A stretch of DNA of 32,000 nt from Moraxella nasovis. GTDB lineage: Bacteria; Pseudomonadota; Gammaproteobacteria; Pseudomonadales; Moraxellaceae. Below, piece by piece: positions 1-9,800 of the stretch. Both the position numbers and the translations under genes were made by a program. Where the stretch lies: positions 1,650,001 through 1,682,000 of the forward strand of contig NZ_CP089976.1 of the NCBI RefSeq assembly GCF_022701215.1, read 5' to 3'. The notes under the pieces are model-generated. The model did not search any database and was not told the DNA's origin. It worked only from the letters and a program-made list of their open reading frames with translations. The number at the start of each line of letters is the position of its first letter. The first letter of the stretch is position 1.

Positions 1-489
1 ATTGATGAGATGATTGTGGCATTAAAATTGGCAATCAGCAAATTAAACCAAGACATTGACACTCATATCAACAACCACCCCAAACTTAAAGAAGAGCAAA
101 CACTCTTACAAAGCATCAAAGGAGTAGGACAAGTCATTTCAAGACAAATGCTAACTCTGTTTAATACCAAGCAATTTAACAATGCCAAACAAGTCTCTGC
201 CTTTTTAGGGTTAATTCCCAAACAACAAGAATCAGGATTGTTTAAAGGCAGATCAAGACTTGCCAAAACAGGCAATGCTCAATTAAGAGCTAAGCTATAT
301 ATGGCAGCAGTTGTTGCCACCAAGTACAATCCAGACATTAAAGACCAATACGAACGCTTACAACAAAATGGCAAATGCAAAATGCAAGCTTTATGTGCTT
401 GTATGCGTAAATTGGTACAAATCTGCTTTGGTGTGATCAAACACCAAACTCCCTACACCCCACAAGTTAGGATAGAAAATATGGCTTGA
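1..489 (+). CDS. IS110-family transposase/recombinase, C-terminal portion (5' end cut off by the window edge)
   Basis: Frame 1 is open from base 1. The translation has the C-terminal region typical of IS110/IS116/IS902 enzymes (IKGVGQV..., AFLGLIPKQQESG, GRSRLAKTGNAQLRAKLYMAA). Stop TGA at 487-489. Confidence 0.8.
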   Translation: MDEMIVALKLAISKLNQDIDTHINNHPKLKEEQTLLQSIKGVGQVISRQMLTLFNTKQFNNAKQVSAFLGLIPKQQESGLFKGRSRLAKTGNAQLRAKLYMAAVVATKYNPDIKDQYERLQQNGKCKMQALCACMRKLVQICFGVIKHQTPYTPQVRIENMA

Positions 490-525
490 CAAGGGGTGAG
501 GAGAGATGGTATCTACGAGTTCATA

Positions 526-556
526 CCAAAAACACGCCCATCTGAGCGTGTTTTGG
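526..556 (-). terminator. Bidirectional rho-independent terminator; on the minus strand it terminates argG
   Basis: CCAAAAACACGC / 8-nt loop / GCGTGTTTTGG. On the minus strand the ACACGC/GCGTGT stem is followed by TTTTT. It lies 30 nt downstream of the argG stop. Confidence 0.7.
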
Positions 557-585
557 TGGTTGGTTTTTGATTTGTGCTTGTGGTC

Positions 586-1932
<1,347 letters not shown>

Positions 1933-2069
1933 TTATATTGGTTGATGGTGAACAAAATTAATGACGACTTTTATTGCTATCTTCGTTAGAATTTCAAATG
2001 TAAATGATTTAAGCAGGCTTTATAAGCTTACAAATGACCTTAGCATAATCGTAAAATTATAGCACTTTT

Positions 2070-2111
2070 TATAAGCAGTCGCATGGAAATTATAAGCAGT
2101 CGTATGGAAAA
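2070..2111. repeat. Tandem 21-bp direct repeat (2 copies, 2 mismatches) in the argG / L,D-transpeptidase divergent intergenic region
   Basis: TATAAGCAGTCGCATGGAAAT (2070-2090) is followed directly by TATAAGCAGTCGTATGGAAAA (2091-2111). A third TATAAGC occurs at about 2021. The inverted repeat ATGGAA-N9-TTCCAT at 2104-2124 overlaps copy 2. Confidence 0.8.
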
Positions 2112-2196
2112 ATTTCAATTCCATTATGAAAAAAGCCCCATCTTGCTGGGAAATTTGTTAAACTATCATTTTTAAAAATAATATCTATTTGCCAGC

Positions 2197-2709
2197 ATGA
2201 TGTCAGTTACCAACTCCATTTCTCAGATTGTGATAGACACGACCACTCAGACACTCACGCTTTACCAAGATGGTATGGCTGTCAGAACTTTGCGTATTTC
2301 CACCGCCAAAAATGGCACAGGTCAGCTTGAGGGTTCAGGCTGTACGCCACTTGGCTGGCATCAGATTAGCGATAAAATTGGTGGTAGTTATCCGCTAGGT
2401 TCGGTCTTTGTTGGGCGACAGTTTACAGGCGAGATTTATGATGAGTGCTTAGGACAAGCTTTTTTAGAACGAGATTGGATTTTAAGTCGGATATTATGGC
2501 TTGAGGGTCTAGAGGTGGGCGTGAATCGTGGAAAGACGCTTGAAGGCATCTTATGTGATACGCGTGAACGCTATATTTATATCCATGGTACGCCTGATAC
2601 TGAGCCGATGGGTGTGCCACTATCACATGGCTGCATACGCATGAGAAATGTTGATGTGGTGTGGCTGTATGATAAGGTAGCTGTCGGCACGAAGGTTTTG
2701 ATTGTATAG
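2197..2709 (+). CDS. L,D-transpeptidase family protein (YkuD catalytic domain), no obvious signal peptide
   Basis: Catalytic motif HGTPDTEPMGVPLSHGCIRMRN (His...Ser-x-Gly-Cys-Ile-Arg-Met), as in the ErfK/YbiS/YcfS/YnhG family. Confidence 0.85.
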   Translation: MMSVTNSISQIVIDTTTQTLTLYQDGMAVRTLRISTAKNGTGQLEGSGCTPLGWHQISDKIGGSYPLGSVFVGRQFTGEIYDECLGQAFLERDWILSRILWLEGLEVGVNRGKTLEGILCDTRERYIYIHGTPDTEPMGVPLSHGCIRMRNVDVVWLYDKVAVGTKVLIV

Positions 2710-2755
2710 ATGTGTGCTTGGTGTATCATACAACTTATTAAAAGCAGGTGATAAG

Positions 2756-3715
2756 ATGAACTTACAAAAAGTTGATTTAAATTTATTGATCCACCTAGAT
2801 GTGCTACTGCGTGAAAAAAACGTCACAAGAGCCGCCGAGCAGTTAGGGATTACCCAGCCTGCGATGAGTAATATTTTACGGCGATTGCGGTCATTATTTA
2901 ACGATCCTTTGCTGGTTCGTTCGTCCGAGGGCATGACGCCAACCGAACGTGCTTGCGAACTTCAACCACGCATTCGTGAGCTGCTTTCAGATGTCACAAC
3001 ATTACTTGAGCCACGCACCGAATTTCGCCCTTATAGCACGTCTCGTGTCTTTCGTATTATGACGAGCGACTATGCTGAAGCGACTCTTGTACCACGTCTT
3101 GTAAAGGCATTAAGAAGCGAAGCACCGAATGTGATTTTGGATTTTTTGACACCGTCTGATGTGTCATATCGAGATATGGAGCAAGGAAGGGTGGATTTGG
3201 CGATTAATCGCTTTAATGAAATCCCCCAAAGTTTCCACCAAGTACTCGTGTGGCGTGATACGTTTAGTTGCCTGTTATCTGCCCAAAGTCCTTATGTTAA
3301 TCGCTTTAACCTAAAAAACTACCTAAAGGCACAGCATGTCTGGGTGTCAAAGACAGGTATGGGCGTAGGTTTTGGGGTTAATCCTGAAAAATCTGGCGGA
3401 CTTGGTTCTATTGACCAAGCCTTATTACGGTTGGGTACGAAACGTCATATCAGCGTTTTTACTCGCCACTACCAAATGCCAGCCATGCTTGCAGCAAATA
3501 AGGACTTGATAGCCACTTTACCTACTCGTGTAGCAAAGCTACAAGCACATAATAATTCACAGATTGTCGTAAAAGAACCGCCGTTTTTCATTCCTGAATT
3601 TGAACTGACGATGGCATGGTCACCACTTTTGCAACACCACCCAGCCCATAAATGGTTAAGGCAGCTGATTATTCATGTTGCACGCCAAATCCAGCTTGAA
3701 GAAGAGCAGACTTAA
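2756..3715 (+). CDS. LysR-family transcriptional regulator
   Basis: N-terminal wHTH MNLQKVDLNLLIHLDVLLREKNVTRAAEQLGITQPAMSNILRRLR. I prefer the ATG at 2756, which has AGGTGA 6 nt upstream, over the track start at 2702. Its TAA stop overlaps the stop of the convergent fixH-like gene. Confidence 0.9.
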   Translation: MNLQKVDLNLLIHLDVLLREKNVTRAAEQLGITQPAMSNILRRLRSLFNDPLLVRSSEGMTPTERACELQPRIRELLSDVTTLLEPRTEFRPYSTSRVFRIMTSDYAEATLVPRLVKALRSEAPNVILDFLTPSDVSYRDMEQGRVDLAINRFNEIPQSFHQVLVWRDTFSCLLSAQSPYVNRFNLKNYLKAQHVWVSKTGMGVGFGVNPEKSGGLGSIDQALLRLGTKRHISVFTRHYQMPAMLAANKDLIATLPTRVAKLQAHNNSQIVVKEPPFFIPEFELTMAWSPLLQHHPAHKWLRQLIIHVARQIQLEEEQT

Positions 3716-4344
3716 GGGGTGTTTGCGTCAGCAGTAGGGCGTTTGTTGCGTTGATCTGGCAAAGTCATCTTTGTTTCGTCAAAGGCAGATAACGGCATAA
3801 AAACGGCATTTTTAGCAGGCAGTTTTTGGGCGTGAATAAGACGCCAGTTGTATTTACCATCATTGCTGATGTGCATGTAGTATTTAGATGGTATATCATC
3901 AAGCTTGACTGTGCCTGTGTAGCGATTAGCTGTGGTATGCGTTAGCGTAAAATCACGGTCTTTGCTACTGTCGGTGGCGTGCGAGAATTTTGCAGATAAG
4001 GTGTGTGGATAGGTATAAGGTGAGTTATCATTGTGGCTGTTTTTAGCTGACTTAGGGAAGTTTAATTCAAACAGTACCGATTGACCATCAAACCGCATGA
4101 CGCCAGTTATGCCCAAGTCATGTGCAAGCTTATCTCGAGAGGCGTCTTGATATAGTGTTTTACCATCCATGTACCAGTCGTCACGCACAGTGCTATCTTG
4201 GATATTGATTGAGTAAATGATGAAAAATATACAGACCACCACCACCAAAACAGGTAGCCCGACGACAAAAATTGTCATGTAGGGATTTTTGTACCAAGCT
4301 TGCTTTTGCTGAGATGTGCTGTTTTGGTGACTAAAAGAGTTCAT
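3712..4344 (-). CDS. FixH-family protein (CcoH-like, cbb3 oxidase maturation)
   Basis: It lies directly downstream of ccoG. It has a single N-terminal TM helix preceded by QAWYKNPYM and followed by DSTVRDDWYMDGKTLYQDASRDKLAHDLGI, the FixH-type pattern. The ATG at 4344 is preferred to the TTG at 4362. Confidence 0.7.
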   Translation of the reverse strand: MNSFSHQNSTSQQKQAWYKNPYMTIFVVGLPVLVVVVCIFFIIYSINIQDSTVRDDWYMDGKTLYQDASRDKLAHDLGITGVMRFDGQSVLFELNFPKSAKNSHNDNSPYTYPHTLSAKFSHATDSSKDRDFTLTHTTANRYTGTVKLDDIPSKYYMHISNDGKYNWRLIHAQKLPAKNAVFMPLSAFDETKMTLPDQRNKRPTADANTP

Positions 4345-4372
4345 AATGCAGATGATAATCAAAATTTGAGAT

Positions 4373-4381
4373 ATTGTAGCA
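4373..4381 (-). promoter_or_regulatory. Putative extended -10 promoter element (TGCTACAAT) for the fixH-like gene
   Basis: The minus strand reads TGC-TACAAT, about 30 nt upstream of the ATG at 4344 and just downstream of the ccoG terminator. The -35 is weak (TTCTTA). Confidence 0.3.
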
Positions 4382-4407
4382 TAAAATGATTTTTATAAGA
4401 ATGAAAA

Positions 4408-4434
4408 AAAAGACCAAGGAGAGCTTGGTCTTTT
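4408..4434 (-). terminator. Rho-independent terminator after ccoG
   Basis: The minus strand reads AAAAGACCAAG-CTCTC-CTTGGTCTTTT followed by further Ts (8-T run in total). It starts 5 nt after the ccoG stop. Confidence 0.8.
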
Positions 4435-4438
4435 GTTG

Positions 4439-5923
4439 TTAGGGCTTATTTTTTGACTTTTGTTCATAAAGAAACACGTCTTCTCTACTGGCGGAGTATT
4501 GACCATCTTCGGTATATACAGTAATGGTAATTGGCGTGCTACTGGCGGTAATTTTACTAGCATCGCCAAAAATACTTACTGGCAAATCATATGGCTCGTT
4601 TGCTTGTAAAGGCAACTGCTTAAATCGTGAGCGTAAAGTTAGCCCTTCTACTGGTTCTAATTTTACTTTATAGATTTGTTTTTCATTTGTTTTATTGACG
4701 ATTTTAAGCACATAGCTGTTCTCAATTAAGCCATCACGACCAACGGTGCTAAGCTGCTTGCGATCGTGGCGAATCTCCATCTCAAGTGGCGATCGTCCCA
4801 CGGCAACTAGTGTTGCAGCAGTAATACACGCACCAAGCACAAATATATAAGCAAAGATACGAGGGCTTATGACTTTGGTTTTTTGTTTTTCGACGAGCTG
4901 ACGTTCTGTGGTATAGCGAATTAGCCCACGTGGATAGCCGACTTTATCCATAATCTCATTACAAGCGTCAATACAGGCAGCACACTGGATACATTCTACT
5001 TGTAGCCCATCACGAATATCAATGCCTGTTGGGCAGACCTGCACGCACATACTGCAATCAACGCAATCACCATAACCTTCGGGGTGAGTGCCTTTTTTGC
5101 GAGCCCCACGAGGCTCACCACGCTCATAATCATAAGATACGATTAGTGTATCCTTATCGAACATGACGCTTTGGAAACGTCCATAAGGGCATATATGCAC
5201 GCACATATGCTCACGCATATAGCCAGCATTGGTCTGGGTGACAAATGTAATCAGTAAGAAAAAAATCCATGTCATCTTACCCCAACCCATAAAAAATGGG
5301 GTCGCACCGTTAAAGAACAGATAATCTGTACCTGTAATTAAGGCGATAAAGGTTAAGGCGGTGATGGCAGAAATAAGCAGCCAAATAGCATGAACTGCAA
5401 GCAGTTTAGCAGCTTTACTAACACTCCAAGGTTCTTTATCAAATTTAATGCGTTTATTACGCTCACCAATAATCCACTTCTCAATATGCTGGTACAAATG
5501 CACATAGATAGTCTGAGGGCAGGCATAACCACACCACACACGCCCTGCATAAACAGTAACCATAAATAGGGTCATTGCAGCAATGATAAAGACGAAAGCG
5601 AAGAAGTAAAAATCTTGAGGCATGAAGGTAGCCCCAAAAATATAAAACTTAGGCTCAATCACATTAAATAAGATAGCCTGACGACCGTCCCATCGAATCC
5701 ATGGCAAAATTAAAAAAAACACCATGATCGCATACATTGAAAAAACACGGATATTTTGATATTTTCCAGTAACGAAACGTGGGTGAACACGATGCTTTGT
5801 GGCATCCATGTCTTTAGAATGTGGAATGATTTTTTCTGGGGCGGGGCGTTGCTTTTTTTTGGGTTTTGGTGGTTCTTGATCAGTGGAGGTACTGATTGGA
5901 TTTTTGTTTTCTTGTTCGGACAT
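4439..5923 (-). CDS. ccoG: Cytochrome c oxidase accessory protein CcoG/FixG (membrane polyferredoxin)
   Basis: Multiple TM helices plus two 4Fe-4S ferredoxin motifs (CVDCSMCVQVCP and CIQCAACIDAC) and the upstream CGYACP motif. AAGGTGA Shine-Dalgarno before the ATG at 5923. Confidence 0.9.
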   Translation of the reverse strand: MSEQENKNPISTSTDQEPPKPKKKQRPAPEKIIPHSKDMDATKHRVHPRFVTGKYQNIRVFSMYAIMVFFLILPWIRWDGRQAILFNVIEPKFYIFGATFMPQDFYFFAFVFIIAAMTLFMVTVYAGRVWCGYACPQTIYVHLYQHIEKWIIGERNKRIKFDKEPWSVSKAAKLLAVHAIWLLISAITALTFIALITGTDYLFFNGATPFFMGWGKMTWIFFLLITFVTQTNAGYMREHMCVHICPYGRFQSVMFDKDTLIVSYDYERGEPRGARKKGTHPEGYGDCVDCSMCVQVCPTGIDIRDGLQVECIQCAACIDACNEIMDKVGYPRGLIRYTTERQLVEKQKTKVISPRIFAYIFVLGACITAATLVAVGRSPLEMEIRHDRKQLSTVGRDGLIENSYVLKIVNKTNEKQIYKVKLEPVEGLTLRSRFKQLPLQANEPYDLPVSIFGDASKITASSTPITITVYTEDGQYSASREDVFLYEQKSKNKP

Positions 5924-6071
5924 AAAATCACCTTAGCTTGCACCGTAAACGGTATGGCTGGGATATTTGTAAAATATAAGATGCATTTACTATTGTAGCA
6001 TTTTTATCATGGCGTGGGGCGAAAAATTTATCAAATCCATAAAAATAGCAAATTTGGCCTTCACTGTAAAA

Positions 6072-6099
6072 AATAAACGGGCATTGATGCCCGTTTATT
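6072..6099 (-). terminator. Rho-independent terminator after lolA
   Basis: AATAAACGGGC-ATTGAT-GCCCGTTTATT. On the minus strand it is followed by a T run (...GCCCGTTTATTTTTTAC). It lies 14 nt beyond the lolA stop. Confidence 0.8.
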
Positions 6100-6112
6100 T
6101 TAGTAAATAAGA

Positions 6113-6775
6113 TTACTGCTCGATGACTTCAACATTACTTGGTGGTGTGAATGTAAATTGGCTGTTTGGTAGTTTTTGATTTAATTTTACATTGCTAAAG
6201 CGAATGCTGGTGACCTTGCCAACAACACTGTCATTTAGCACCATCATAACAGGTTTGCCACCGTTAAAGCTGATCGATAGTTTGTTAAACTTGCTTTGGG
6301 CTGATTTTGGCTTTAGGACATAATAGTTTTTTGCTGCATCTGGCTGGCTAATTTTAAAGTTTTTAGCAATTTCTTCGGCACTGCCAGACAGTAGTATTGC
6401 AGGCGTATCGCCAATTTGAGAACCAGTAGATTGCTTGACTGCTTGGAATAAGTCTTTATCGTAAATCCACATGGTTTTAGCATCAGCGACGATCAGCTGA
6501 TCGGCAGGGGACGTGGTGTGCCATCGAAATAGGTTGGGGCGTTGTACAGCCATTGTGCCACTAAATTTACTATCTTTGCCTTTATTGGTTTGGATGGTTT
6601 GGCTAAAATTGGCAGTCATGGAATTTACGCCAGACAGTAGCTCATTTAGGTTTTTGGCTGCAACTGCAGGACTAGCAGCTGCAGCATGTGACGTATTTAC
6701 CAGCATAAGCGGTGTCATTAAGATGGCAGTCATGCCAAGTGCTATTTTTGTACTCTTAGATGTCATAAAAGACAT
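6113..6775 (-). CDS. lolA: Outer-membrane lipoprotein carrier protein LolA
   Basis: Signal peptide ending HAAAA. LolA-like core (FSQTIQ..., FSGTMAVQRPNLFRWHTTSPADQLIVADAKTMWIYDKDL). AAGGAGA Shine-Dalgarno 5 nt before the ATG at 6775. Confidence 0.85.
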   Translation of the reverse strand: MSFMTSKSTKIALGMTAILMTPLMLVNTSHAAAASPAVAAKNLNELLSGVNSMTANFSQTIQTNKGKDSKFSGTMAVQRPNLFRWHTTSPADQLIVADAKTMWIYDKDLFQAVKQSTGSQIGDTPAILLSGSAEEIAKNFKISQPDAAKNYYVLKPKSAQSKFNKLSISFNGGKPVMMVLNDSVVGKVTSIRFSNVKLNQKLPNSQFTFTPPSNVEVIEQ

Positions 6776-7002
6776 GGTATCTCCTTGAGATGAGAAATAA
6801 TAATAATATTGTGACAGATTTTTATCTTACAATCTAGGATAAAATTGCAAATAAAACCACGCAACTGTTGCAGATATTGCAAAACACTCACTGATATTAA
6901 AGGTTAGGCAAAAGACTTATTAAGCAAATCTTATTAAACGACACACAAGGCTTTCGTCCTAAACCAGTTTTTTAATGATAAAGCTTTAATGATAAATCAT
7001 TC

Positions 7003-8364
7003 CTAAGCTAAGATGCGTTCTATGTTTGCTGCAATATCCTTGGCAAGCGATTGGCAAAGAGCTTCATCTTTGCATTCAACCATGACACGAATCACAGGCT
7101 CTGTCCCTGACTTTCTTATTAGTAATCTGCCTTCACCTTCTAATTGTTTTTTGGCATTTTGAAACACTGCAACAAGCTCATCATTCTCGTGTGGATCACT
7201 CATCTGACTTAAGCGAACATTAATCAGTGTCTGAGGGTAGGGGGTATAACCTGCTGTAAGCTGAGATAGTGTACTGTTTTCTTGTGCAAGGCATGTCAAA
7301 ACCTGCAAGCCTGCTACGATAGCATCACCTGTGCGACTCTTATCTAGGCATAAGATATGTCCTGATGGCTCTCCACCAATTAGCCAGCCCCTTTGTTCTA
7401 GGTCTTGCATGACATATCTATCGCCTACTTTTGAGCGATGAAAATAGATGGAGTGCTTGGCTAGTGCCAACTCCAAAGCGACGTTACTCATCAGTGTGCC
7501 AACCACACCGACAGGCTTTAAGCATTTTGCTAATATGTATAAAATCGCATCGCCATCAACGATATGACCAAGCTCATCCACCATAATGATACGATCGCCA
7601 TCACCATCTAAGGCAATGCCGACATCGGCACTATGCTCTAGTACAGCAGCTTGTAATGAGCTTGGGTGGGTGGAGCCGCAGTTGTCATTAATATTAATGC
7701 CATTTGGCGTGTTATGAATGGCGATAACATCCGCCCCAAGTTCACGCAAAACTCGAGGTGCAACGCTATAACCTGCACCATTAGCACAGTCTACGACAAC
7801 TTTTAAGCCATTTAAGCTTAGGTGGTAAGGAAAGCTGCCTTTGCAGTACTCAATGTAGCGTCCTTTGGCGTCTTCCACACGATAACTTTTCCCAATGCTA
7901 TCAGGCTGAATACCCGCTAGGCGTGAAAGATGAGCATCTGCATCGCCTACTAAAGCGTCTAACTCAATATTAATGGCATTTTGTACTTCATCGGAGATTT
8001 TCTTGCCTTCGTGGGAGAAGAATTTCACCCCATTGTCTTGGTAAGGATTATGGGAAGCTGAGATAACAACGCCCATATCCGCATGGAAACTTTTTACCAA
8101 ATGAGCAATGGCAGGCGTGGGCAGTGGTCCTAGCATATAGACATCTACACCTGCAGCATTAAAGCCAGCTTGTAAGGCCGCTTCAATAACATAACCTGAC
8201 AGGCGTGTATCCTTACCGATGATAACGCTAGGACGCTTATGCTTATGGGCATTAGTGGCAGTTAATACTCGTCCTGCCCCAAAGCCTAATCGCAATAAAA
8301 AATCAGGCGTGATGGGAAATACGCCAAACTGACCACGAATACCATCAGTGCCAAAATAACTCAT
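7003..8364 (-). CDS. glmM: Phosphoglucosamine mutase
   Basis: [12 protein letters not shown]-terminus, active-site [15 protein letters not shown], Mg site LDGDGDR. The ATG at 8364 is preferred to the TTG at 8388 given in the track. Confidence 0.95.
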   Translation of the reverse strand: MSYFGTDGIRGQFGVFPITPDFLLRLGFGAGRVLTATNAHKHKRPSVIIGKDTRLSGYVIEAALQAGFNAAGVDVYMLGPLPTPAIAHLVKSFHADMGVVISASHNPYQDNGVKFFSHEGKKISDEVQNAINIELDALVGDADAHLSRLAGIQPDSIGKSYRVEDAKGRYIEYCKGSFPYHLSLNGLKVVVDCANGAGYSVAPRVLRELGADVIAIHNTPNGININDNCGSTHPSSLQAAVLEHSADVGIALDGDGDRIIMVDELGHIVDGDAILYILAKCLKPVGVVGTLMSNVALELALAKHSIYFHRSKVGDRYVMQDLEQRGWLIGGEPSGHILCLDKSRTGDAIVAGLQVLTCLAQENSTLSQLTAGYTPYPQTLINVRLSQMSDPHENDELVAVFQNAKKQLEGEGRLLIRKSGTEPVIRVMVECKDEALCQSLAKDIAANIERILA

Positions 8365-8532
8365 TTTTAATCCTTTTTTGTCAGCCAAACGGGAAACTCT
8401 TTACAATAAATTTGCCAATAAAATGACCAATATTCTCATCTTACACTATTAGTTAGACAGCGACAACTGCCAAAATTTGCTTTTTACATAATACAAACAA
8501 AGTGTTATACAGCCAAATACTAATTGTGATAT

Positions 8533-9504
8533 TTATAAATTATTTTGCTCTAAGATGTGGTTGGCAGATTTTTGAATCTCGGCAACGGTTAGGTTTTTCT
8601 TACCGCTTAAGTCTTGTCGCCATTTTCTTGCACCAGTCAGCCCCTGAAAAATCCCCAAAAAATGCCTAGTAAGCGTACCAAGATTAGCCCCTTGGCTTAC
8701 TCTTTGTTGTAGATAAGGGTATAACTGTTCTAGGATTTGTCTTTGGCTGGGTGTATTAAGCCCCCATAATTTATTACATTCACTCATTAGCATAGGATTG
8801 TGATAAAAGGCACGCCCAACCATGACGCCATCAACGTATTGTAAATGGGTTTTTATGGCGTCTAAGCTGTCAATACCACCGTTTATTTCAATAAATAAGT
8901 GTGGAAATTCTTGCTTTAGGCGGTAAACGTCTTCATAACGCAATGGCGGGATTTCACGGTTTTGCTTTGGGCTAAGACCTTGAAGCCAAGCGGTGCGAGC
9001 ATGAGCGATAAAATGCGTGCAACCTGCCTGTGAGACACACGCCACAAAATCACGCATAAATTCATAGCTATCCATGTCGTCAATGCCGATACGGTGCTTA
9101 ACAGTAATGGGCTTGTCCGTCTCATTTTGCATGGCTTGCACCATCTTTGCTACTAAAGCTGGCTCTTTCATTAGGCAGGCACCGATTTTATTGTGCTGAA
9201 CTTTGTCAGATGGGCAGCCGACATTGATGTTAATCTCGTCATAGCCATATTCGTCGGCAATTTTTGTGCATTGTGCCATCTTGCTTGGGTCTGACCCACC
9301 AAGCTGAAGTACGACTGGGTGTTCGGTGTCATTAAACCTTAAGACATAATCAGTATCGCCCTTTAAGATAGCACTGGTGCTAATCATCTCTGTGTATAAG
9401 TAAATCTTTGGGTTGAACAGACGAGCAAAATACCTAAAATCAGAAGTGGTATAGTCAATCATTGGTGCAAGTGATATGCGTTTATCATTCATCAGATGTA
9501 TCAT
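8533..9504 (-). CDS. dusA: tRNA dihydrouridine(20/20a) synthase DusA
   Basis: Collinear with E. coli DusA as I recall it (LAPMIDYT, LQLGGSDP, NINVGCPSDKVQ, HARTAWLQGLSPKQNREIPPL, INGGI). The alternative ATG at 9492 cannot be excluded. Confidence 0.9.
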   Translation of the reverse strand: MIHLMNDKRISLAPMIDYTTSDFRYFARLFNPKIYLYTEMISTSAILKGDTDYVLRFNDTEHPVVLQLGGSDPSKMAQCTKIADEYGYDEININVGCPSDKVQHNKIGACLMKEPALVAKMVQAMQNETDKPITVKHRIGIDDMDSYEFMRDFVACVSQAGCTHFIAHARTAWLQGLSPKQNREIPPLRYEDVYRLKQEFPHLFIEINGGIDSLDAIKTHLQYVDGVMVGRAFYHNPMLMSECNKLWGLNTPSQRQILEQLYPYLQQRVSQGANLGTLTRHFLGIFQGLTGARKWRQDLSGKKNLTVAEIQKSANHILEQNNL

Positions 9505-9725
9505 GGGTGTACTTTTTTTATGTTAGTTATCGCTCGTTTGGCTGCCTAGTGAGCAAAAAAGCTAAAATTTGGGGTATTATACGATATTTATGTGGAGCGG
9601 GTGGTAATTTTAATAAAGGTGTGACAAGTAGTCATAGCTTGATGAGGAATGACAGCGGTTTGACACATTTTGTCATAAAATCTTTTCAATAAAGCATTTT
9701 TTGTGTAAGACATTTTACTATTTTA

Positions 9726-9734
9726 TGGTATAAT
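9726..9734 (+). promoter_or_regulatory. Putative extended -10 promoter (TGgTATAAT) for the nuo operon
   Basis: TGGTATAAT lies 67 nt upstream of the nuoA ATG. No good -35 is present, which extended -10 promoters tolerate. Confidence 0.4.
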
Positions 9735-9800
9735 TACGCGGTTTTAACATTTCAAATAAACACTAGGAATGTGCTTTCATATAAAGTCACAGGGGTGATT

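Noticed and set aside
2702-2755. Upstream extensions given by the ORF track: LysR from 2702, glmM from the TTG at 8388, nuoA from the GTG at 9771, pncA from 30919, and the fixH-like gene from the TTG at 4362.
   Set aside because: In each case a downstream ATG matches the conserved N-terminus of the family (LysR, glmM, nuoA, pncA) and, for LysR and nuoA, also has a Shine-Dalgarno. For the fixH-like gene the choice rests only on preferring ATG over TTG. The extensions add non-conserved residues.
8533-9800. The dusA 5' end as an integration hotspot for dusA-specific integrative elements.
   Set aside because: dusA appears full length. The upstream region runs straight into the nuoA promoter, with no integrase gene and no duplicated dusA 5' fragment. 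No island is present.
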